From an uncultured Bacteroidales bacterium (lineage in GTDB: Bacteria; Bacteroidota; Bacteroidia; Bacteroidales; UBA7960), in NCBI GenBank assembly GCA_964614525.1, contig CAZTPA010000001.1, positions 152,282-216,281 of the forward strand: a stretch of DNA of 64,000 nucleotides, read 5' to 3'. Positions 30,672 to 39,192 of the stretch are shown here, piece by piece. The notes beneath the pieces were generated by a model. That model searched no databases. It saw only the letters and a program-made list of their open reading frames with translations, and had not been told where the DNA came from. Numbering within the stretch: the first letter of the stretch is position 1; every line of letters begins with the position of its first letter. Position numbers and translations under genes: made by a program.

Positions 30672-31565
30672 ATGAAAAATATAAACTACTTCATTACTTT
30701 AGTTCTATTTATGGTTATATTAACTAACCCCGGTATTATAAGAGCACAGGAAGATACTCTTTCTGTAAAACGTTTAATGCTAGAAGGTATTGAAAAAATG
30801 GAATCGGGCAATGAAAAAGCAGCTATTGAAATGTTTGACAGGGGAAGAGAAATGCTTCATAAAATTGCAGTGAAGAAAGATGAAAGAAATATAAATATAA
30901 TACGCTCATCAGAAATTACAAGAAAAGCTGAAAAAGAAATACAAAAAGGCAATTTTGAAGATGCATTAGTATTGCTAAATGAGGCAATAGAGTATAATGA
31001 CAGAAATATCGAAGCCTACAAATTCAGAGGATCTGTAAGATTAGTATTAGAAGAAAGAATTGAAAGAAAAAGAAACAGAGATTACTCCAGCTTGCTTAAT
31101 GATTACACAAATGCTATTAGAATTACGGAAAGAAGCATTAATGACACGCCAAGAAATTCACAGGAAAGAAAAGAACTTGAAAAAGAAATGGCTAAAATTC
31201 TAATTAACAGAGCCTTCGTAAAAATGCAATCAGGCAGAAGATCCGGCTTTAATTCAGCTATTGATGATTATACTTTAGCTATTAGATATAATGATCAAAA
31301 TTGGGATGGCTTTCTTGGCAGAGCTGTTGCATACAATAATATTAAAGATTACAGAAAAGAAGTACAGGATTATCTGAAAGCTATTGAATTAATTGAAAAA
31401 TATGATTTTAGATTAACAGATGAAGAATGGAGCAAAATGTTTCTTAATGTTGCAATGGCTTATACAAATTTAAGACAAGACATGCTTGCTCACGAATACG
31501 CGACCAAATCATATAATTTAGGAAATCTTGATGCAGAAAAAATTATGGAAAGAACAAGACCATAA
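30672..31565 (+). CDS. Secreted TPR-like repeat protein, function unknown
   Basis: Signal peptide and repeated A..Y..AI....P-type helical motifs. TATTTTTG -7 box at 30587-30594. Confidence 0.4.
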   Translation: MKNINYFITLVLFMVILTNPGIIRAQEDTLSVKRLMLEGIEKMESGNEKAAIEMFDRGREMLHKIAVKKDERNINIIRSSEITRKAEKEIQKGNFEDALVLLNEAIEYNDRNIEAYKFRGSVRLVLEERIERKRNRDYSSLLNDYTNAIRITERSINDTPRNSQERKELEKEMAKILINRAFVKMQSGRRSGFNSAIDDYTLAIRYNDQNWDGFLGRAVAYNNIKDYRKEVQDYLKAIELIEKYDFRLTDEEWSKMFLNVAMAYTNLRQDMLAHEYATKSYNLGNLDAEKIMERTRP

Positions 31566-31591
31566 TCTTAATAAATATTTAAAAATAAAAA

Positions 31592-31623
31592 AAGTTGCTT
31601 AACAAACTAAGCAACTTTTTTTT
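31592..31623 (+). terminator. Rho-independent terminator
   Basis: Perfect 10-bp stem AAGTTGCTTA / TAAGCAACTT, 6-nt loop, T8 run. An A-run upstream means it could work in both directions. Confidence 0.65.
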
Positions 31624-31678
31624 ATTTTTATACTTTGATAATTTAATATTTTAAATCAAATATTAATAGAAATTCATT

Positions 31679-33418
31679 ATGAAAAAAATAGATCAAGACA
31701 TTCTTAATAAAGCAGAAAAATGGCTGGGAAACGAATATGATGCTGAAACAAAAAAGCAGGTCGAGTCTTTAATTGAAAACAATCCTGATGAACTTATCGA
31801 GTCCTTTTACAAAGATCTTGAATTTGGAACAGGTGGCCTCAGAGGAATAATGGGTGTTGGGACAAACAGAATGAATAAATATACTGTTGGCATGGCTACT
31901 CAAGGCTTTGCCAATTTTCTTATAAAAAATTACTCTGATAAAGAAAAAATTAAAGTTGCCATAGCCTATGACTGCCGAAATAACAGCCAGTATTTTGCAG
32001 AAATTACTTCTAATGTATTATCGTCAAATAATATTGAGGTTCATATTTTCCCGGAATTAACTCCTGTTCCCTTACTTTCATATGCCGTAAGAGAATTAAA
32101 ATGTCAGGGTGGTATTGTCATAACGGCTTCACATAATCCAAAAGAATATAATGGATATAAGGTTTACGGTGATGACGGAGGACAATTAATTTCTCCTAAA
32201 GATAAGGAAGTTATTGATGAGGTTAAGAAAATAAATAATATCAGTGAAGTGAAATTTGACAAAATAGAAAGCAATATTTTCTCTATACCCGAATCATTAA
32301 CTGAGAATTATTTAAAAGCGATATCCTCTTTTTCAATGTCACCGGATATAATAAAAAAACATAGTGATTTAAAAGTTGTCTTCTCCCCTATTCACGGCTC
32401 TGCTTACAAAATTGTACCTCTAGCTTTAAAAAAATTCGGGTTTAATAATATCATCAATATTCCTGAGCAGGATGTTGTTGACGGAAATTTTCCTACTGTT
32501 AAATATCCTAATCCCGAAGAACCTGCAGCTTTGAAAATGTCTATTGATAAAGCAATAGAAAGAAATGCAGATTTAGTAATGGCGACAGATCCTGACTGTG
32601 ACAGAGTCGGAGTTGCAATAAGAGATCTAAATGATGAATTTATTACACTAAACGGTAATCAAACAGCTTCAATAATTATATACTATTTATTAGAACAATG
32701 GAAAAAACAAGAAAAAATAAAAGGTAAAGAATATATTGTAAAAACCATTGTTACATCCGACATCTTATTTGATATAGCTAAAAAGTATGATGTTGAATGC
32801 TTTAATGTTTTAACAGGATTTAAATACATCGCTGAGATTATAAGAAAATTAGAGGGTAAGAAGCAGTTCATAGCCGGCGGAGAAGAAAGCTATGGATATT
32901 TGATAGGTGAGCATGCCAGAGATAAAGATGCTGTGATATCGTGTTGTATAATTGCTGAAGCAGCAGCCTGGGCAAAAGAAAACGGTAAATCTTTGCAGGA
33001 ACTGTTAATTGACATTTATCTTGAATTTGGTTTATATAAAGAAACTTTGATTTCTCTTACAAAAAAAGGAAAAGAAGGTCTTGAGGAAATTCAATCTATG
33101 ATGGAGAATTACAGGAATAATCCACCGTCAGAAATTAATGATTCTAAAGTACTGCTAATTAAAGATTTCCAATTATCTATAGAAAAAAACACCCAAACAA
33201 ATTCACAATCAAATATTGATTTACCAAAATCAAATGTGATTCAATTTTTCCTTGAAGACGGCAGCAGAATAACCATGCGCCCCAGTGGCACAGAACCAAA
33301 GATTAAATTCTATTTTGGTGTAAAAGGGAAGCTAAACAACCGACAGGACTATAATTCTGTAAATAGCAGACTTGACGACAAGGTAAAATCAATAATAAAA
33401 TCTTTGGGGATAGAATAA
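31679..33418 (+). CDS. Phospho-sugar mutase (phosphoglucomutase/phosphomannomutase family)
   Basis: Active-site TASHNPKEYNGYK, metal loop DPDCDR, GGEESYG sugar-binding loop; 579 aa. Confidence 0.85.
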   Translation: MKKIDQDILNKAEKWLGNEYDAETKKQVESLIENNPDELIESFYKDLEFGTGGLRGIMGVGTNRMNKYTVGMATQGFANFLIKNYSDKEKIKVAIAYDCRNNSQYFAEITSNVLSSNNIEVHIFPELTPVPLLSYAVRELKCQGGIVITASHNPKEYNGYKVYGDDGGQLISPKDKEVIDEVKKINNISEVKFDKIESNIFSIPESLTENYLKAISSFSMSPDIIKKHSDLKVVFSPIHGSAYKIVPLALKKFGFNNIINIPEQDVVDGNFPTVKYPNPEEPAALKMSIDKAIERNADLVMATDPDCDRVGVAIRDLNDEFITLNGNQTASIIIYYLLEQWKKQEKIKGKEYIVKTIVTSDILFDIAKKYDVECFNVLTGFKYIAEIIRKLEGKKQFIAGGEESYGYLIGEHARDKDAVISCCIIAEAAAWAKENGKSLQELLIDIYLEFGLYKETLISLTKKGKEGLEEIQSMMENYRNNPPSEINDSKVLLIKDFQLSIEKNTQTNSQSNIDLPKSNVIQFFLEDGSRITMRPSGTEPKIKFYFGVKGKLNNRQDYNSVNSRLDDKVKSIIKSLGIE

Positions 33419-33420
33419 AA

Positions 33421-34005
33421 CTATTTTATATAGCGTCTTTCGTCTTTTAATTTCTCCTGCGTTTCAGGATCATCCGGATTTTCTCGGTATTCTTTGTATG
33501 CCTCAATAAATCCGGGATGGTCTTTATAAAAGACTTCTAACCTTGTATCTATGGGTGTAAGCCAAAATGCAAAAAGGAATACACCGAATATCAATGATCT
33601 CCGGTATATTTGGTTATAAAAACTTTGCAAGGGCATATTCAGTGTATTATAAACCCCGACAAGTGTAGTAGATGATACTAATGCTATTATAGCGCTTATT
33701 AAAAAAAAGTTCATTGCTGAATAAAAATAGATATTATACATAATTGCCAAAATGCAAAATGAATAAACCATTCCCATTACAATTCCGGCGGCAGTTTTAA
33801 ATGCACTTATTCGTTGTCTTACTTCTCTGTTTAATAAATCAACTAAACTAGTTCTGTTAAAGAGAAAAAATCCGCACCATAAATAAAAAATAGCGAATAA
33901 TATCAAAACAATCCGAAGTAATACATCGAAATAAGAACCAAACAATACTTTATATATAAATAGCAAAAAAACAAAAATCCCAACTATTCTTTCAAATTTC
34001 CTCAT
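33421..34005 (-). CDS. Hypothetical integral membrane protein (about 5 TM)
   Basis: Long ORF with hydrophobic helices. No motif recognised. Confidence 0.4.
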   Translation of the reverse strand: MRKFERIVGIFVFLLFIYKVLFGSYFDVLLRIVLILFAIFYLWCGFFLFNRTSLVDLLNREVRQRISAFKTAAGIVMGMVYSFCILAIMYNIYFYSAMNFFLISAIIALVSSTTLVGVYNTLNMPLQSFYNQIYRRSLIFGVFLFAFWLTPIDTRLEVFYKDHPGFIEAYKEYRENPDDPETQEKLKDERRYIK

Positions 34006-34117
34006 CAGTAAATAAATTATCTTTCAATCTTATCATTAATAAATTGTCAGGCAAATTTAATCAGTTTTTTTTATGATATCAATCATTAATTGAATAAGTA
34101 ATATTATTAGAAGAAAA

Positions 34118-35143
34118 TTACTTGCTGCCAATAATATTTACCTCCGGTTCAATAGTGACCTCAAACTTTTCTTTGACAGAATTTTTTATTTTTTCAACCA
34201 AGCATAAGATTTCCTTTCCAGTCGCATTTCCATAGTTAACAATCACCAATGCCTGATTTTTATATACTCCGGCATCACCTATTCTGAATGCTTTCCAACC
34301 TGCTTTATCAATTAACCAACCGGCTGCCAATTTGTAATTCCCTTCTTCTTTAAAAGCAACAATGTCAGGAAATTTCTCAATAAGCTGTTGATATTTGCCG
34401 GATGAAACATATGGGTTTTTAAAAAAACTACCGGCACTCCCAATACTTTCAACATCAGGCAATTTATTACTTCTAACATCGCATACAATTTTTCTGACGT
34501 CCATAATTGTAGGAGATGAAATATTATGTTTTTCCATCTCCTCTTTAAGTCTTCCATAGTTAAGATTAAGATTATGAGGGAGTTTATTTAATTTAAAAAC
34601 AACTGATATGATTATAAAATTACCTTTCTTTTCTTTCTTGAAAATGCTATCTCTATACCCAAATTTGCAATCATTAGAATAAAACTCAAGCACTTCTCCG
34701 GAGAAAACATTCATCGCTTTGAGAGAATAAAACACATCTTTTAGTTCAACACCGTATGCTCCAATATTTTGGACAGGACTTGCTCCCACTTGCCCCGGAA
34801 TCAAAGATAGGTTCTCCAATCCTCCCCAATTATTACCAACACAATATTCAACAAAATCATCCCAAATTTCACCGGCTTGAGCCTCTACAAGAACAAAATC
34901 AGGCTCATCTTTTAATAATTCAACACCTTTATTAGAAAGCTTCACTAGCAGACCGTCAAAATCATCAACAAAAAGAACATTGCTACCTCCACCAATAAAA
35001 AAAACATTTTTATAACCGAAATATTTTTTTTCATATAATGTTTTAAAATCATCAAGAGACTTAAGCTCAACAAATGCTTTAGCCTTTGCTGCAATTTTAA
35101 AAGTATTCAAGTTTTGAAGAGGGTAGTTTTTTTTCAATAACAT
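34118..35143 (-). CDS. murB: UDP-N-acetylenolpyruvoylglucosamine reductase MurB
   Basis: FAD-binding GGGSNVLF, NIGAYGVE, GSAGSFFKNP. Confidence 0.9.
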   Translation of the reverse strand: MLLKKNYPLQNLNTFKIAAKAKAFVELKSLDDFKTLYEKKYFGYKNVFFIGGGSNVLFVDDFDGLLVKLSNKGVELLKDEPDFVLVEAQAGEIWDDFVEYCVGNNWGGLENLSLIPGQVGASPVQNIGAYGVELKDVFYSLKAMNVFSGEVLEFYSNDCKFGYRDSIFKKEKKGNFIIISVVFKLNKLPHNLNLNYGRLKEEMEKHNISSPTIMDVRKIVCDVRSNKLPDVESIGSAGSFFKNPYVSSGKYQQLIEKFPDIVAFKEEGNYKLAAGWLIDKAGWKAFRIGDAGVYKNQALVIVNYGNATGKEILCLVEKIKNSVKEKFEVTIEPEVNIIGSK

Positions 35144-35230
35144 AATAAGTTTTGTAGAATTAATCTCAAATGTACAAAAAACGAGGCTACAATTGAATAA
35201 TTGCAGCCTCTAAACATTTAAAAGAAATCT

Positions 35231-35815
35231 TTATCGTGTAATTACGACAGATTTTTCCTCAACAAGTTTCCTGAGATTAATTAGTGCATACCTCATTCTG
35301 CCAAGTGCGGTATTTATACTGACACCTGTTTGATCAGCAATCTCTTTAAAGCTAAGGTCTAGATAATGCCTCAAAATCAAAACTTTTTTTTGCTCATCAG
35401 GCAAATACTTGATGAGATTTTTAACATCAGCATGAATTTGATCAATAATCATTCTATCTTCGACATTATCCTCAAGCATATCCAGGGTTTCGAAGATATC
35501 GTAATCTTCCTGAGTTTCGACATATTGCATCCTTTTAGACTTTCTAAAAAAGTCAATTACAAGATTATGAGCAATACGCATAACCCATGGAAGGAATTTT
35601 CCTTCCTCATTATAAGAACCGGCTCTTAAGGTATTTATAACCTTAATGAAGGTATCCTGAAACAGGTCTTCAGCTAATTGCTTATCTTTTACGATAATAA
35701 GAATGTACGAAAAAATTTTTCGTTGATGTCTTTTAATAAGATCTTCCAGTGAAGTGTGGTCACCTGCAATATAGCGGCGAACTAACTCCTGATCGCTAGT
35801 AATCTGGTCATTCAT
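35231..35815 (-). CDS. ECF-type sigma-70 family RNA polymerase sigma factor
   Basis: Region 2 (LFQDTFIKV...WVMRIAHNLVIDFFR) and region 4 HTH (LSFKEIADQTGVSINTALGRMRYA). Confidence 0.85.
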   Translation of the reverse strand: MNDQITSDQELVRRYIAGDHTSLEDLIKRHQRKIFSYILIIVKDKQLAEDLFQDTFIKVINTLRAGSYNEEGKFLPWVMRIAHNLVIDFFRKSKRMQYVETQEDYDIFETLDMLEDNVEDRMIIDQIHADVKNLIKYLPDEQKKVLILRHYLDLSFKEIADQTGVSINTALGRMRYALINLRKLVEEKSVVITR

Positions 35816-35823
35816 AATAATGG

Positions 35824-35830
35824 CCTCCTT
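35824..35830 (-). promoter_or_regulatory. Perfect Shine-Dalgarno AAGGAGG, 8 nt upstream of the sigma-factor ATG
   Basis: The minus strand reads AAGGAGGCCATTATTATG. No comparable SD was seen before the other starts I inspected in this window. Confidence 0.5.
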
Positions 35831-35988
35831 AAGTTAATAATCAAGAGTAAAAGTTCTAATCTATATGCTGTCCTCCATTTTTAGTTAAAAAAATTGTTTG
35901 CAGGTGCCTAAATGGCAGTATTTATTTAATACAAATATAAATATTATTTTAAACTCTGCAATATTTATATTGTTTTTATAATCAATAA

Positions 35989-36177
35989 ATATGCCATTTA
36001 ATAATTACAGGACGTGAAATAGCAAAAGAAGCAGGCATTAATGCCATTCATTATAAATTAAAAGATATTCACAAAAAAAGTGGCCTAAAACAACGAAACC
36101 CCATTTTCAAATACAGAAAATGTATTCTAAATTTCATAAATAATAATAAGAAAGAGAAGATTTCGCTCTTGTTTTGA
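35989..36177 (+). pseudogene. Possible remnant of a LuxR/GerE-type HTH C-terminus with no usable start codon
   Basis: The frame is open for 62 codons after a TAA. It translates to ...TGREIAKEAGINAIHYKLKDIHKKSGLKQRN..., resembling helices 2-4 of LuxR-type HTH. There is no ATG/GTG/TTG near its 5' end. Confidence 0.2.
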
Positions 36178-36203
36178 TAAATTTGCAATGAAAGAAAAAG
36201 AAA

Positions 36204-39035
36204 ATGCAAAAAGCAACACAAATAGAAAAACCAGATCCAAAAAGACATATCCTTATAAAAGGAGCCCGTGTTCACAATTTAAAAAATATTGACATTGCCA
36301 TTGAACGTAATAAGTTGGTGGTAATAACAGGTTTGTCGGGCTCAGGAAAATCCTCCCTTGCATTTGACACTTTATATTCTGAGGGACAAAGAAGATATGT
36401 TGAAAGTTTAAGTGCATATGCGCGTCAATTTTTAGGGCGTATGCATAAGCCGGAAGTTGACTATATAAAAGGTATATCACCGGCAATAGCTATTGAACAA
36501 AAAGTTAATACCCGAAATCCCAGATCTACTGTTGGGACTTCCACTGAGATTTATGAGTTTTTGAAATTATTATTTGCCAGAATTGGCAAAACATATAGCC
36601 CTGTTTCAGGTAATCCTGTTGTTCGTCATACTGTCACAGATGTTGTGGATTTTGTTTTCTCTTTAGAGCAAAACACAAAAGTTTCAATCTATTCACCATT
36701 AGATATTCAAAGAGGAAGAAGCATTGACGAACAATTAAAAATACTTTTGCAGCAAGGTTTTAACAGGTTGTTAATTAATGATGAACTTGTTAGAATAGAG
36801 GAAATTCTTCCACAAATTCGAAATTACAAAATCGGGAAAAAACCTTCAATACTAATTGACAGACTAAAGGTAAGCAATGAAGATAATGAACTGGCAACCA
36901 GGCTAGCCGATTCTGTTCAAATAGCTTTTTATGAAGGAAACGATGAGTGTTTCCTTGAAGTAATTAATAAGAATGACAAGAAAAATTATTATTTCTCTAA
37001 TAAGTTTGAACTTGACGGAATTATTTTTGAAAAGCCATCGGTAAATCTTTTCACATTTAATAATCCTTATGGAGCATGTAAAACATGCGAAGGATTTGGA
37101 AGCATTATTGGAATAGACGAAGACCTTGTTATACCAAACAAAAATCTGTCTATTTATGAAAATGCGATAGCTTGTTGGAAAGGCGAAAAAATGGGTAAAT
37201 GGAGAGACAACTTAGTTAACAATGCTTACAAATTTGATTTCCCGATACACAAACCTTATTATCAATTAAGCGAGGAACAAAAGGATATAGTATGGAAAGG
37301 GAATAAGTATTTTAAAGGCTTGAATGCTTTTTTTAAAATGCTCGAAGAGGGAATGTATAAAATACAATACAGAGTTATGCTTTCCAGGTACAGAGGAAAA
37401 ACTATATGCCCTGATTGCAATGGGACAAGAATAAGGCAAGATGCTAATTACGTTAAAATATCCGGCAAGTCAATCTCCGAAATTGTTCTTACTCCTATTT
37501 CAGAATTAAAAAGCTTTTTCAACAATCTTATGTTGGATCAATATCAGCTTGATGTTTCAAAAAGATTACTGACAGAGATCCAGAACAGAATTGATTACTT
37601 GTGCAATGTAGGTTTGGGATATCTAACACTAAACCGTCTTTCATCGACTCTTTCGGGAGGCGAATCTCAAAGAATAAATCTTGCAACATCATTAGGCAGT
37701 AGTTTAGTGGGTTCTATATATATCCTCGATGAGCCAAGCATAGGTTTGCATCAGCGCGATAACCAAAGATTAATAAGTGTTTTAAAAAATCTACGAGATA
37801 TAGGAAATACTGTAATAGTTGTTGAACATGACGAAGAGATTATCAGGGAAGCAGACCAGGTAATAGATATTGGCCCTTTGGCCGGAAGAAATGGCGGAGA
37901 GCTTATTTTTCAGGGAACTGTCAAAGATTTAATAAAAAACGGAGAAGGTCTCACCGCAAAATACCTGAATAAAGAATTAGAAATAGAAACACCGCCAAAA
38001 AGAAGAAAATGGAAAGAGTTTATTGAGATTCAAGGCGCAAGACAGCATAATTTAAAAAATATTAATGTAAAGTTTCCTTTAGGAACTTTTACTGTTATAA
38101 CCGGAGTAAGCGGCTCAGGGAAAAGTACATTGGTAAAAAACATTCTTTTTCCTGCCTTAAAAAAAATTCATGGCGGTTATGGTGAAAGAACAGGGAAATA
38201 CGATAATATAAGCGGAGATTTTAATAGTATAATTGATGTAGAATTTATTGATCAAAATCCTATTGGCAGATCATCGAGGTCCAATCCTGTGACTTATATT
38301 AAAGCATACGATGATATAAGAACATTATTTGCTTCTCAAGCTCTGGCAAAAAGCAGAGGATATACTCCGGGATTTTTCTCATTTAATGTAGAGGGCGGCA
38401 GATGCCCTGAATGTGAAGGTGAAGGTGAAGTGAAGATTGAAATGCAATTTATGGCTGATATTAATCTTGTTTGTGAATCATGCAATGGCAAAAGGTTTAA
38501 AGATGAGGTTTTGGATATAAAGTTTGAAGAGAAAAATATATGGGATGTTTTGAGTATGACAATTGAAGAAGCAATAACATTCTTTAATGAGGCAAAAGAC
38601 AATCAAACCAATAGCAAAAGAATAGCAAATAAATTACAAGCTTTAATGGATGTTGGACTAGGCTATGTTACCATGGGACAATCATCAAGCACTCTGTCAG
38701 GAGGAGAAGCTCAAAGAATCAAGCTGGCTTCTTTTTTATCTAAAGGCTCTAAAAATGGTAACATATTATTTATTTTTGATGAACCAACCACCGGTTTACA
38801 TTTCCATGATATAAATAAGCTCTTAAGTTCATTTAATGCGCTCTTAGACAGAGGACATTCTTTGATAGTAATAGAGCACAATCCTGACATAATTAAATGT
38901 GCCGATTGGATAATTGATCTCGGCCCCGATGGCGGAGATAAAGGCGGACAAATTCTTTTTGAGGGTACTCCTGAAGACATTGTTAACAATAAAAATTCCT
39001 TTACCGGACATTTTATTGCTGATAAACTACAATAA
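36204..39035 (+). CDS. uvrA: Excinuclease ABC subunit A (UvrA)
   Basis: Two ABC modules (GLSGSGKSSLAFDT, GVSGSGKSTL, LSGGE signatures) and zinc modules CxxC. TAAATTTG -7 box at 36178-36185. Confidence 0.95.
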   Translation: MQKATQIEKPDPKRHILIKGARVHNLKNIDIAIERNKLVVITGLSGSGKSSLAFDTLYSEGQRRYVESLSAYARQFLGRMHKPEVDYIKGISPAIAIEQKVNTRNPRSTVGTSTEIYEFLKLLFARIGKTYSPVSGNPVVRHTVTDVVDFVFSLEQNTKVSIYSPLDIQRGRSIDEQLKILLQQGFNRLLINDELVRIEEILPQIRNYKIGKKPSILIDRLKVSNEDNELATRLADSVQIAFYEGNDECFLEVINKNDKKNYYFSNKFELDGIIFEKPSVNLFTFNNPYGACKTCEGFGSIIGIDEDLVIPNKNLSIYENAIACWKGEKMGKWRDNLVNNAYKFDFPIHKPYYQLSEEQKDIVWKGNKYFKGLNAFFKMLEEGMYKIQYRVMLSRYRGKTICPDCNGTRIRQDANYVKISGKSISEIVLTPISELKSFFNNLMLDQYQLDVSKRLLTEIQNRIDYLCNVGLGYLTLNRLSSTLSGGESQRINLATSLGSSLVGSIYILDEPSIGLHQRDNQRLISVLKNLRDIGNTVIVVEHDEEIIREADQVIDIGPLAGRNGGELIFQGTVKDLIKNGEGLTAKYLNKELEIETPPKRRKWKEFIEIQGARQHNLKNINVKFPLGTFTVITGVSGSGKSTLVKNILFPALKKIHGGYGERTGKYDNISGDFNSIIDVEFIDQNPIGRSSRSNPVTYIKAYDDIRTLFASQALAKSRGYTPGFFSFNVEGGRCPECEGEGEVKIEMQFMADINLVCESCNGKRFKDEVLDIKFEEKNIWDVLSMTIEEAITFFNEAKDNQTNSKRIANKLQALMDVGLGYVTMGQSSSTLSGGEAQRIKLASFLSKGSKNGNILFIFDEPTTGLHFHDINKLLSSFNALLDRGHSLIVIEHNPDIIKCADWIIDLGPDGGDKGGQILFEGTPEDIVNNKNSFTGHFIADKLQ

Positions 39036-39192
39036 GTTAATAACTATAAATATTAAGCAAAGCATAATTAACATTGATTGTATCTAAATATGTTAATTTT
39101 TTATATTTGTTATCCTGATAATCCCAGAATAAAAAGACTTTTTTGTTTATATTTGTTTCATTATTTTTATGAAGTAAAAATCTAATGGAAAA

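Noticed and set aside
36069-36275. A 68-aa minus-strand ORF overlapping the uvrA start.
   Set aside because: It is hydrophobic and low-complexity, and it overlaps the uvrA promoter and 5' end. There is no supporting motif.
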